Positions 1-12,000 of a stretch of 64,000 nt of DNA are shown piece after piece. The notes under the pieces were generated by a model. That model worked only from the letters and a program-made list of their open reading frames with translations, did not search any database and was not told the origin of the DNA. Position numbers and translations under genes: made by a program. The DNA comes from Prasinococcaceae sp. CCMP 1430. Lineage: Eukaryota; Plantae; Prasinodermophyta. The stretch lies in contig RQSC01000908.1 in NCBI GenBank assembly GCA_013416795.1, positions 1-64,000 on the forward strand, written 5' to 3'. The number at the start of each line of letters is the position of its first letter. Within the stretch, counting starts at the first letter, position 1.

Positions 1-3000
1 CGGGGGGGGGCCGCGTCGGACGTGGCGCTGGGCCTGCGGGCGCGAACGCTGCTCGCGGCGCTGATGTCGGCGGCGTCCGACGTGCACACGCAGCGCGACG
101 CGCTCGCGGAGCTCAGGACGGTCTGCGCCGAGGCGGGGTCGCCCGCAGTCGGGCTGGTTGCGCTGCTGGGCTCCGCAGGCAACGCAGGCCACGCCGCCGC
201 CGCCGAGGCGGGCCTACTCGACGTGGTCATCGCGAGCTTCGGTGGAGCCCGCAGCGCCGTCGACGGCACTGCAGCCATCAGCAGCGCGTCGATGTCGTAC
301 GGCATCCAGACGGAGGCGCTCGCCCTCGCGCGCGAGCTCGTCGAGCGCTGCTGCGCGGGTGCGAGCGCGAGCGCTCGAGATGCGCGCCGCCGCTCAGAGG
401 ACGCTTTCGTCAAGGCGAAGTCCGAGGTGGTGCAAGCCAGCGCGCTCCAGTGCGCGCTCGCCGCGCTACGCGCCGAGGCAGAGGCCATATCGGGTGGCGC
501 TGGCATCGTGGTAGACGCCGCCGTTACCGCCGCCGCCTCCGCCGCCGCCGCCGCCGCCGCCGCCGCGGACGGTGCTGCCGGGGCGGCAGAGGCCGCGCAC
601 GCCCGCGACGTGACGGCGCTCTCCGAACACGCTACCAAATTCGCGGGGAAGCTCGCCATTCGCTACGCGCGCGCCAAGACTGGCGCGCTGCAGGGCGCCA
701 TCCTCGAGAGCCTCGGCGCGCTGGCCGCGCTCTTCGGCGGCGCGCTCGAGAAGGAGCGCTCAAAGTGGCTGCCGGGGGGAAACCTCGTCGAGGGCCTCGT
801 GTGCAAGTGCGTGAGCGTGGCGCGCGCGCAGCTCGCGCTGCTGCAGCAGCGGGCCTCCGGCGCGGGCAGTGGCGCGGGTGCCCGCCGCGGCGGCACAGAC
901 GCGGGCTCGCGCGGGGCTTCGTCCGGTGACAAGTACGCGCCGCGCGTGATGGCGGGCGCGCTGCGCGCGCTGGACCTCTGCCTGCGGCGGCCCGGCGCGG
1001 CGTCCGCCATCGACGAGCGCGGCGCCTCGGATCTGTGGGAATGCGTTACGCGCACGCTGCAGCTCGGCGACGATGGGGAGAAGACCGGACACGCCACGAC
1101 GCGCGCGGCGGTCGCCCTGCTCGCGCACCACGCCGGCACGGTCCTGTTTGCGCCCATCCTGGCGGATGCCGCCTCGCTGCGCCCCATGTACGCGCTGCTG
1201 CAGGCGCTCGGAAAGCACAACGACCAAGGCGTTCGCGGCCTGTCTGGGCCCGCGCTCGAGGCCTTCCTTCAGACGCTGGCGAGGGGCATGCTGTCCGACG
1301 GCGCGGGCGCGGCCAGCGCCGTCCACGAGGAGCTCTATCGCGAGATGGTGGGCAGCGCGCGCGGAGTGCTCGGTCCCAGCGGCTCCGCCGAGAGCAGGCA
1401 GAGCGTGGCGTCGGCGGTGCGCTGCGTCGGCGCGCTGGCGGCGCCCACCGCGAGGTTTTTTGGGCCAGAGCGGGCGCAGGCAGAGCTGCAAGGCATGCTC
1501 GCCATGCTGCTGCCGCACGCGGCGGCGGCGCAGATCCGAGCCCTCGATTTCGCAGAGGACGCCATCGGCATGTCGTGCGCGCTGCTTCGAGCCTTCGCGC
1601 TGCTTGCGGCGGCCATCGAGACGCTCGACAGCTCCGCTGTCGCGGCGTTCGCAGACGTGCTCTCGGCGACGCTCGTGTATTTGCCCGACATGTATCGCAA
1701 GCAGCGCGCGAGATTCTACGCGGCCGTGGCCGCGTTGCTGCAGGCGCTGTTTGCTGCCGAGGGCGATCGTCACGCCGCCGTTGCGGCCGCCGTCATGAAC
1801 ACGCTCGCGCGGCGGTCCATCGATCTCGCGCTGCTCCCTGCATCCGCAGATTCTGGAAGTGCAGCGCCCATCGCCCTGGTGGATGCGCGCGCTGTGGGCG
1901 AGGGCGAGGAGGACTGGTGGCTCGACGCCGAAAGCGGAAGTCCCGGGGTCGCCCTCGCGGCGTACACGCGCGGAGCGTTGTCGCGGCCGATGCGATCTGA
2001 CTACGCCGGGCTGTGGGTCGCACTCGCGTCCGGGAGCGTACCGCCTCCCGAGGCGGTCGGAACGCGTGACGAGGCGAGGCATGTATATGCGGGCGCCTGC
2101 GCCGCCACCTCCGGCGCATCTGGTCATGACTCGACGAGCGCTGGCCCGGACGGCACAGGGCATTGGCACAGCACCGCCTCCGCTGCCGTCTTGTACTTTT
2201 GCGAGGCCGCGCTCGACGTGATGGAGGCGCTCGACCTTCGCTACACGGAGCGCATAGGCAGCGATGCCCTGCTGCCCAGCGCCGGCGTCGACAAGGACGG
2301 CGCCTCGCACGACCTCGTGTCGGGCGTTGCCCTCGCCGCCTCAAATCCTGGGGACATGGCGCGCTTCCTCGCGCTCACGAGCCTTCTGCGCGAGGTTGTG
2401 GAGCGGCTGCCTTACCACCATGCGGCGGCATGGGTGCCTGAGACCGTCCGGCGCTGCATCGCGCTGGCCGAACAGTACCCCCTGCTTTCGGGCTTTTACA
2501 AGCTGCTTGAGGTCGCGAGCGTTGTGTGTCGGGCTGAAATGAGCAGCGGGGGGGGCCCATGCACAGCGTCCGGCAACGAGATCGGGAGCACGAGCGGCGA
2601 GCGCACAGTGGGCCACTGCATGGACGTTGATGGCGCAGAGGACGGCCTCGGCGAGTCTGTGCGCTCGTCCGACAATGGCCTCGGCGATGCGCGCGTGATG
2701 CTGACGTCGTACCTGCCCCTCGTGGCGTCCCGCGCGCGACGGTACCCAGACCTTGAGCTCAAGACAAGCTGCTTGCGCTGCGCGTTGGTGGGCGTGCCTG
2801 CTATGGTCCATGCGCGTGAGGCGGCCTGCACGCTCATTGAGGGCTTTAGCGTGGTCGCTGAGCATGCCCCGCTGTCTGCGCCTGTGCTCGCAGCGCTCGA
2901 GAGATGGAACCGGGTGCGGCCCTCGACGCTGTTGCCCAACCTGCCGCGAATCGTCAGGGCCATGACGCGCGCTCTTGGCATTGACAAGGCGTACGCCCAC

Positions 3001-6000
3001 AGCGCTGCCCAGGACCGCGCGCTGCGCTTTCTTGGATCCATCGGCGGCCTGGTGCACACCGCCGTCGCCGATGGGGACGGCGCCCTCGGCGCTCCGTGGA
3101 CGTCGCCTGGAAGGGCGGGGTCGCTGGGTTGCGTCGGCGAGGTGCACGGTGGAGCGGGCGCGTCTGAGCTCTTCGATCCGGTCGAGCGGCCCGTGAGTAT
3201 GCCCCTCGGCAGCGTGGACCCTTACAGACATGTCGGTGTACCGCTCGACGCCCTCGCCGGCAATGTTACGCGCCTCTCCCTGCATGCGGTGGATCCCGCA
3301 GTGCGACTGGCCGCCCGCGAGGCGCTGCACGCGTTGGTGTCTTTCGCCGTTGGTGCCGGGGTTGAGCTCATCGGCCGCGGTAGCGTGAGCTCGCGCGGGC
3401 GTGACGGGGGCGGTCACGGAACCGGAGCCGACTTTGAACGTGCTGCCTCCGAGCGCATGGACGGCTTCTACAGACAGGTCATGCCCGCTGTGCTGGAGCT
3501 TGCAGCGAGCGGCGACAGCGCTTCGAGCGTCATGTTCGGCGACCTCTCCTATCAGCTTGTGCACTGGTTTACCTCCAATCGTGACAGAGATAATCCGGAG
3601 AGCATTGCCATCCTCGACGCCATTCTCGATGGGATGTGCCACGAGTCCAGCGTGCCCATACGGGAGCGCAGTACAGCGCTCGTCGAAGAGTTCATGAGGT
3701 GGTACGTCGCATGATTCGCGCTGTTGAGAGCGTGTGCCCGTGCGTGCGTGGTCGCCCCTGCTGCGTGCACACACGCGGCACTTGCATGAGCGCGTGCCTT
3801 CTCCTGGAAGCCGCGCCCTGTAGTCACCCGGTGACCATGCCACTGATCACGCTGCAACCCTTGTGGTGCACTCTGTATCGTCGCCCCCCGCCATTGGCGC
3901 GAACCCCACCTTCGAACGCGCCCACTGCCAGGTCTATCAAACACACGGCGTCCGAGGAGCTCGCGCGGGTTAACGCCGACGAGCTGCTGCGCCGGCTTCA
4001 GCTTCGGCTTTCCGATCCGAGCGTGCTACGTCGCGTTGGGGCCTGCCTTGCGTTGCGTCGCCTGTACGGAGTGTTGCGCTCGCAGCGCGCTCTGCTGGAT
4101 CGATTCTTGCTTGACTTCTTCCCCCACGCGATGACCGCACTTGCGATGGCCGCGGAGAGCAGCACCAGCACTAGCCTGGGCGAGGGCAATTCGGAGCACT
4201 CGCACAGCGCAGTTGAGGAGGCGCAGCAGGCCCTTCATGTCGTGACTGAGCTATGCAAGCACCACCAGAGCGTCTTTCGCGAGTCCAAGGCAGAGCGCGG
4301 TAGGCTTACGTGCACCGCGGACGTTGTTGCGTGGGTATGGACCCACACTTGGAAGACTCAGCGCGTGGTGCGCAAGGCCGCCATGCGCACGTTCTGCGGG
4401 CTGCTGCGGGGACGCGCGCAGTCGAATGGTGAGGACGAGCGCGCGGCGATTTTGAGGTGGGTGGGAAACAACGCGAGTCTTGTGAAGAGCACGATCGATG
4501 CCGTCGCCCTTTCGGCATCGCAGAGTGCTATTGAGGACCTCGACGTGCGCGGACAGTCGGACGCGGACATGCGACGCGTGCTATCGCACGTGCGTGCCAT
4601 ACAGGCCGCCCTCAACTGGCACGAATGGGCGCTCAAGAAGCGCGTCGTTTCCGTGGCAGAGTTGTCACACGGCGAGGCCGGCGCTGGTGGCCAATGCGAC
4701 GGCCCGGGCGCGCGCTGCGTGCGTGCGGCATCGGGTGCGGTGGCGAGACTATGCCTCATCAACGCCAATGATCTGCCCCAGGAGGTCGAGAGCGCCCTCG
4801 CACCGAGGCTGCGCTCGCACGTCGTCTCGAGCTCTCCCTTCAGCCCGCACCTTGCTGAGCTCCTCAGCGAGGGCGTCGACCTTCTCATGGACCTGCAGCG
4901 ATTCCTGCTTGCACTGCCGGACACACGCGACGGAACGCTCGCGCTGGTTGGCGATTGCGCGTCTGCGAGCGTCTGTGCCGCGCTCGCCGCGTGCGTCCTG
5001 TCGCCCAACGACGTCGGCCTCAGCGCGGCGGACACCAAAGGCAGGGACAACGCAAAAGTTCAAACAGTCAGGATCGTGGCGAAGCGCGCCATCTGGGCAC
5101 GCGCAGCGAGGGGCGGTGGTGGTGGTGGCGGCGGCGACGGCATGGGTGGAGATGGCCTGGCACCGGCAGGTCAGTGCGCGCTGCTCGAGGGCATTGGCAA
5201 GGCAATGCGCTGGTACTTGAAACACCCCATCGCGAGCGTCCCGGGGCTTACCGCCGCTATCACCGAGCGTGGCACGGCGAGCAGTCGCGCGCTTGGCGCG
5301 GTTGAGCTGGCCGTGGCCGGCCTGCGCGCGATGGACAAGGCAAATGTGCTTGCGGCACTCTGCGGCGAGGTGTTCTGCGAGACGCTTCCGCCCGAACTGT
5401 TGCGGTGCGCACAGGCTGCGGCAGGGGCCAGCTCGTCGCCGCTCCTGCGCCTCGCTGGGGGTATGTTCGAGCTGGCGCTTGCGCTCGACAGCACCCGCAG
5501 ACATGGCGTTTTCCTCAGCCTTCTCAGCGATAGCGACCCCGCTTCTGCGCGCTTGTACGGCGCATGCAAAAAGTCGGTCGACAAATGGGTGGCGTTTAGC
5601 AGCGAGAGCATCGTCGCGTTGCTCTTCATCAGGGCGCCCGCGAGCACCGTCGCGCGCTCCCTGCTTGTTGAGAGCCTGGCAGAGGCCTGCAGCATGCCAC
5701 GAGCTTCCTTGGACGGGATGACGACGTCGGGTTCGGATGCTGCGCCTTTAGCCCTGTCGCTATCGCAGAAGCTCGGGGTCGGGCAGGCGGCCCAGCTGGC
5801 CGCACGCGCGGCGAAACACGTACGCGAGCTTTCGAAAAATGAAGCGTGGCTCGACGAGCCCGGCATGCTATCACATGTGACGCCTTGGGTGCGGCAGCGC
5901 CGACTCTTTTTGCAGGTGATTGACCCCCTCATCAAGCTCGACGAGCGCTCTACGCTCTCAGAAAGCTCCCCCTCCCATGACTTCATCGTGGGCGAGTTCA

Positions 6001-9000
6001 CCGCGTGCGTGCGTGCGCAGCAGCACAACCGCCTCTGCTGCGCAGGGAATGCGACGCGTCTCGCGGGCGAGTCGGAATCGACGAATGACGGAAACGAGGA
6101 CATCCCCGCGCACGCCCAGGCTGAGCTCATCTCGCTCCAGGCTGATGCCATGGCGCTGCTCCCCGCCTTCGTGCGATCGGCATGGGCAGACCATGGCGGC
6201 GCAGGCAGCCTTTCGAGTCCGGGTGGCCGTGGCAGAGAGGGCGATAGAGACCAACTGATGAAGGCGATCCGCGACGTGCTTACTCTTGACCTACCGTTGG
6301 AGCGCTCAGCGGAACACTGGCGTGAGCGCGAGTGCTCGCCGCAATACATGCGCATGGGCCGCCTCGTTGGCGGGCTGCTAGCGAGCGCGCGCGCAGCCTT
6401 GGAGGTTGGCGCTGACGCCGCTGTCCTCAGAGTGCTTCTGAGATCGCCGCTCCTGCGCGACCCCAAGCATGTGCTCGCGCCCGCAGTGGACGAGGCGATG
6501 GAGGAGTGGGCGCAGGCCGTCGCCGCGACTGCCGCCGGCGTTGGCGGGCTCGCGGGAGCCTCACAAGGGCTCCCTGGCAGCCCGGGCGAGAGTGTCCGCG
6601 GGCCCGTCGCGGATGCGCTGGGGCTCTCCAAACTGCCACGTGCCGTGGCGAGCATCCTGGAGATGTGCCGCTCTCTCTTTCTCGATGACGATGCGGCCCA
6701 CGAGGGCGATCTGCGCTGCGTCAGCGACAGGCTACTCCCTCGCATCATCTCCAAGTGCGATCCTGCGGCGCGCGCAGTGATCCTTCACGCGTTCCTCGAT
6801 CGTTTGCTCGCTGCCATCGATGCCGCTGCAAGGGTCGGCCCGCAAGGACGTACGGACGAGGCTGAGCGTGCGCTGCTCACGGCGGGCGCCTGCGCGTGGG
6901 GCATACTTGGCGAGCTTCTTTTCGGCCTCACAACTGATGCGGTCAAGGAGCACGCGCCCTCCTTCAGCACAAAGGTGGTCGTGCAGAAAGCGGAGAGGGC
7001 GATGAAGCACACGCCGACGCATGACTCGAACGAGGGCGCCGTCGCGGAGTGCTCTGCGAGAGCCTTTGCCGCGCTTGCGCGCGCATTCGTGTGCCTGAAC
7101 ATCGCTAGCACAAGCGTTGATGGATTGGTGACAGAGCGGCTTATCGACAGGCTCAGGCCTTCGGGGGGCGACTTCCAGGCGTTCGCCACTGCTGCGTCTC
7201 AACCGAGCGTTGTTCTCTCGTTGCCTGTCGAGATGGCTGAATCCAACTCCTTGCAGCGCCGAAGGGCGCATCTGCGCGCGTCGTGGGGTGCTACGGCTGT
7301 GGCTGCAGCGGACACGGCCGCAGACGCCCCGCCGCATGCCTGGATGCGCTCGTCAGTCGTGTCACAGGCGCTCGCAGTGTCGCAGCTCAACACGCTCGCG
7401 GCGCTACCGCGCAACGAGGGAGGGCGCGCCGCTGGAGGCGGGCGGCCCAAGGGCAGCACGACAGCGACTATTTCGGCGAGCGTCGGGGCAGCCAGCCCGA
7501 GTGCGCTCACGCTTGAGCTCACGCAGGGCGACGGCGGTATGAATGCAGGTGCGACCGTCTCCGGCAGGGGCATTCCCGCAGCTGTGGCGGCTGCAGGTGT
7601 GCTGGACGAGCGCGATGACGACGACGAGCTCGACGGCCACCCCGTTGCGCGCGCGCTACGTTTGATCGTCGAGCGTATGGCGTCTCGCGACAGCCCCGAG
7701 GCGGGAGGTGGCGAGTCGCCCAGGCCTCGGTGGATTGCGTCGATGACCGAGGTCATGGATGCACCCGCCACGCCCCTGCACACTCGCCTGCTCATGGCGA
7801 AGGCCTTTCTTTGCGCGCCTGGAGTGGTGACGAGGTACAGCCGGTGGGTCTTCGGCCCATGCGCGCGCGCAGTGTTGTCGACGACGTCCGCGGCCGCGGG
7901 CGCGGAGGGCGAGAGCGCCAGTGGTCTGCACCTGAATTATCTTGTGCGCGACTGCCTTGTTGCGGCCGTCGCATGGCTGGAAGCTATTGGAACGGCTAAG
8001 CTGCTGCGCTCCGAGCCCGGCTCGAGCGAGGAAGCCCGCAAACTCGTGATCTTTGCCTGCCGCTCCGCATGGTCCTCCAAATGCAGCACCTATCGCACGC
8101 TGCGTGACACTATCGTGCTCCTGCGGCCTCTCGTGCGTGCGTGGGCTGTGGAGCTCGGTCTGGGGCCCGACCTCGCGCTGGGGCACTTTGGTGCAGCCGC
8201 GGTGGCAGACGAGCGCGCGGCAGCAGAAATCAACCCAAACGGTGCCTCCGGCCACAGCGAGCGTGAGAGTGCTCTGCACCACACGCTTGCTGGCCTCCAT
8301 GTGCTGGGCATGCTTGCCCAGAGCGGGGCGCCGTGTGCTGGGCAAGAGGCTGATTGGGAGGGCGTGTGGCCGCGCCTGCTGGATTTCGTTGGCTCGCGGC
8401 GCAAACGTGTTCGGCAACTCGCCGCTGAGACGCTCGGCGTATGTCTGGCTACGCTGCACTGCCGCGTCCCGCGGAGTGGCGCGTACGCGCGCTTGCTCGA
8501 GCAGACGCGGCAGCGATACGCGCACTTGCTGCTTGACGGCGGGTCGGCCAGCAGGCGTGCGAGTGGGCGTGCCAGCACAGCCGACGCTTTCAGCAGTGGA
8601 TCTGCTGCCCCGACCGCTCTGCCCGAGGGTGAGACGGTACTGGCTATCGATGCGACCGCCGCGCATCACTGTATGGTGATCGACAAGACGCTTGAGCAGG
8701 CGCTGGCCGACCGCGCGCGCAGTGTGCATGGCGAGGCGCGGCTCGCTGCCCTGCGAGCTCTTCGCGCGCGCGCGTCTTTTGGGGTCAAAGGCGGCTGCGC
8801 GACGACCGGACGAGAGCTGTTGCTGGACTCGCTCATGCCGACCCTTCGTCTAGTCTTGGACAAGCACGACCCTCCGGCGCAGCTTCTTGCGGTTCAGCTT
8901 CTCAGCCATCTGCTGCCGTACCTTTTTGACGCCGGCACGAGCGATGCGCAGCGCCAGCGCACGGAGCGCGCGCGCGCCGAGTTGCTCGCGCTCTTGCGCC

Positions 9001-12000
9001 TGCGGTTTGCGTCACACTCGGACGAGGCCTGCCGGAGCGAGTACCACGCCATGCTCATGGCCGCGGCCGCAGGGGAGGGCATCGCGCCCCTCCAAGGCGA
9101 GGTGCGCGTGCATCTGCTCGGTGCCCTGACGGACCCCTCGCATAGGCTGCGCACCGCGGCCGCCAACTGGCTGCACGAGCACCTCCCGCCCGAAGCGCCA
9201 CAACGCCTCGCCTGGCTGCTCGAGGCGGCTGCATGTGCTGAGGTGGCAGCGTCCGCGCCGTGTGTCGCCGCAACGCTCATGGTGCAGCTGGGTCGCGACT
9301 CGCCCACGTGGGACGACACGTCGGCCTATGCTCGCAAGCAACTTGCGAACGCGACGTTCGGCGAGGGCAGGGTATTTCAAGGAGGAACCGACGTTGGAGG
9401 GGCCGCAGAGTCTTTGCCTCTGACGCCCATGTTTTCGTCCCTCCCGAGGTCGATGCTGCCGGAGTCAGCGCACCCAAGCGAGGCAGATGTGGCAGGTATG
9501 TTCAGCGCGGGCGCGAGCAGTGCCTGCATGCACATGGACGCGCATTGGACGAACGTTGCCGGTGTTAACCCGCGGCGCGCCCGCGCTGTGCGCATCCTGT
9601 GTTGCCTCTCGTTGGGCCGCCTGCCGGCACGACGCTCACTCGATGCGACATTGGCGTCGGCGTCGCAGGCTCACAACGGGCGCGACCCGGCTGGGTGCTT
9701 GCCACACAGGCTCGTGGCGGCGCGGGAGGCTTCACGCAGCTGACGTCAGCCTCGCTGGTGCCTATGTCGATGACGCTGAGCCAGATGCCCTCAGCCGAGT
9801 ACGCGGGAGGGCGAAACTCCCTCCTCGCGGAGGTTTCGGGCGCGAGCGGTGTCAGCGCATCGACTTTGGGGTCGCTTGCGGGTGCGACAAAGCGCTCGCG
9901 CCTGGCCATGCGGCGCCCGTTGGCGATGTCGTCCTTCGTGCCGATGCTGGAAGGTGCGCGAGCGTCGTCTCTGCGAAAGCAGAGGCTGAACGCCGAGCGC
10001 CGTGAACAGGACGCGCGGGCCAACGCGGTGCCAATGTTCAGGGAGTACAGGCCCGGTGAGCTGGTCGACATTCAGATCTCCCCCCGTGATCTGTTCGCTC
10101 CGCTCGCGCGCGTTGCTGCGGCGGACGCGGAGGTCGCCATTGTTTTGCTGAAGCCTATACTGGCAGCCACGCGCGATGACGAGGGGGCGCGGGCAGAGTG
10201 GGCGCGCTGCGAGGTAGCGTTTGCAGCAATGTTGGAGTCCTCTGCGGGCTCACCCGCGCCTGTTGCTCTAGTGCATGCCGCCGCGATCGATTGCTGTGAA
10301 GCGCGCCAACCGCTGCGCATTGGGCACGATGCGCTCGCCGCTGCGAGCACTCCTGCGGGCCTGGCCGCCGGTGCCGCACAAATCATCGAGGAGCTGCTCA
10401 TCACGTCTCCAGATACAGCGAAGTCGAACAAAAGGCACCGGAGTGGAGGCGTGCGGAATGCGGAGCGAGGTACGCTCGTAGCTGGTCTGGCGGAGCGCCT
10501 TTCCTTGCTGGCGCTTGCTCATGTTTTGCGACAGCCCCTTGCTGACATTTCATAGGCGCGGATGCCACCGCGAGCGTCACATCCCTGGCCCCCTCGCCCG
10601 AGGCGGCACGCCCGCTGTGGATGTGCCTGAGCCGTTTGTACATGGACCTGTGCGAGGATGAGAGCGCCGCCGGCTGCCTCGTCTCGGGTGGAATAGCCTC
10701 GATGACTGCGACGCTGAGGGCGCTTTGTGCGCGTGCTGCGGGCGATCCCATGGCGGTGCGCAAAGCCGTCGAGGGTTCGCTCAAGACTCAACGCACGTCA
10801 CCAGACAAGTATGATAAGGCCGAGGCCAACGTGTGGTACGACATCGACCTCGAGGCTATGCAGGCGCTCGGCGATTGGGACATGCTACTGGCGAATGTGC
10901 AGGTCGAGATTAGTGACATGATGCAGGAAGATGAGGCGGGACCTGCCGGCGACCAGCTGGCACAGAGGCACGAGGGGGCAGACCGCCACGCGGACCCAGA
11001 GGCAGCCGTTCGTGCGCAGGGGGAGGTGCGCGCTCTCCTGCACCCCGAGCGTGGGCGATTGCTGTCTATGTACGTGATTGCTGCTTCGCACAAAGGCGGC
11101 GCGGAGGCGCGCGCTCTTGTGGACCGTTGGGAGGAGCTCCAAGGAGACGCGCTCAGTCGAGAGGGCAACGAGGCCATCGGAGAGGTGCGTGGGAGAATCG
11201 CTTCTTCGCTTGCGCGCGAGCCACCTTTGTGAGTGCGGTTCGTCTTTCCCCCAGTGCTGACATGGACTGCGCGCTTTCGTACACCCTTGCGCGCCCAGGT
11301 CGAGCGCTTGGAGCTCCACGCAAGCTCTCTGGCAGCAGCCGCTCTGCAGTGCGGGCGCGAGGCGATGGTCCCGCATCTGGCCGAGACAGCACGCGCACGC
11401 GCGTGCCGTCGGCTCGCATCGCTTCACCCTCTCGCCACGCGGGCGCGCCACGCGGCACTGGCTGACCTTGAGGCGCTCAATGCGGTCGAGGCTGCCGCTG
11501 CCGTGGCCGTGCGGGTCCGCGAAAGCCTAGGGGGTGGCGGCACGACCGCCACGCTCGCCGCGGCGGCGGCAATGGAGGCTAGACGGCAAGTGTCTGCGCC
11601 CTGGCCCGACGCCGTGTGGGACGGCCCGCACGAGTGGCACGCGGCAGTGCGTGCCCGCCACGCGGCACTCCAGACAGTTGAGAAGGCCGGTGCCATCACA
11701 GGATCATTGAGTTCCAGCAAGAGCGCCCCGGCCGGTGCCTCCGCAGTCGCTGCGCGGGACATGTCAATGCGTCAAATGATGCGCGATGCCACCCGCGCAG
11801 CGCTTGACGTCGGCGAGCTTCGCACGGCGCAGGCATTCCTCGGCTCGCTGTCGCAACTCGACACAAGGATCGCCAACGCTGCGGCGAACCCTGCCGTCGC
11901 GTCCTCGGCGGAGGACAGGTTGCTGCTGAGCGCGCAATGGCAGGCAATGGAAGCCCGCGGCGCGCCGATGTGGTTCCTCCAGGAGCGCAAGAAGGGGCTC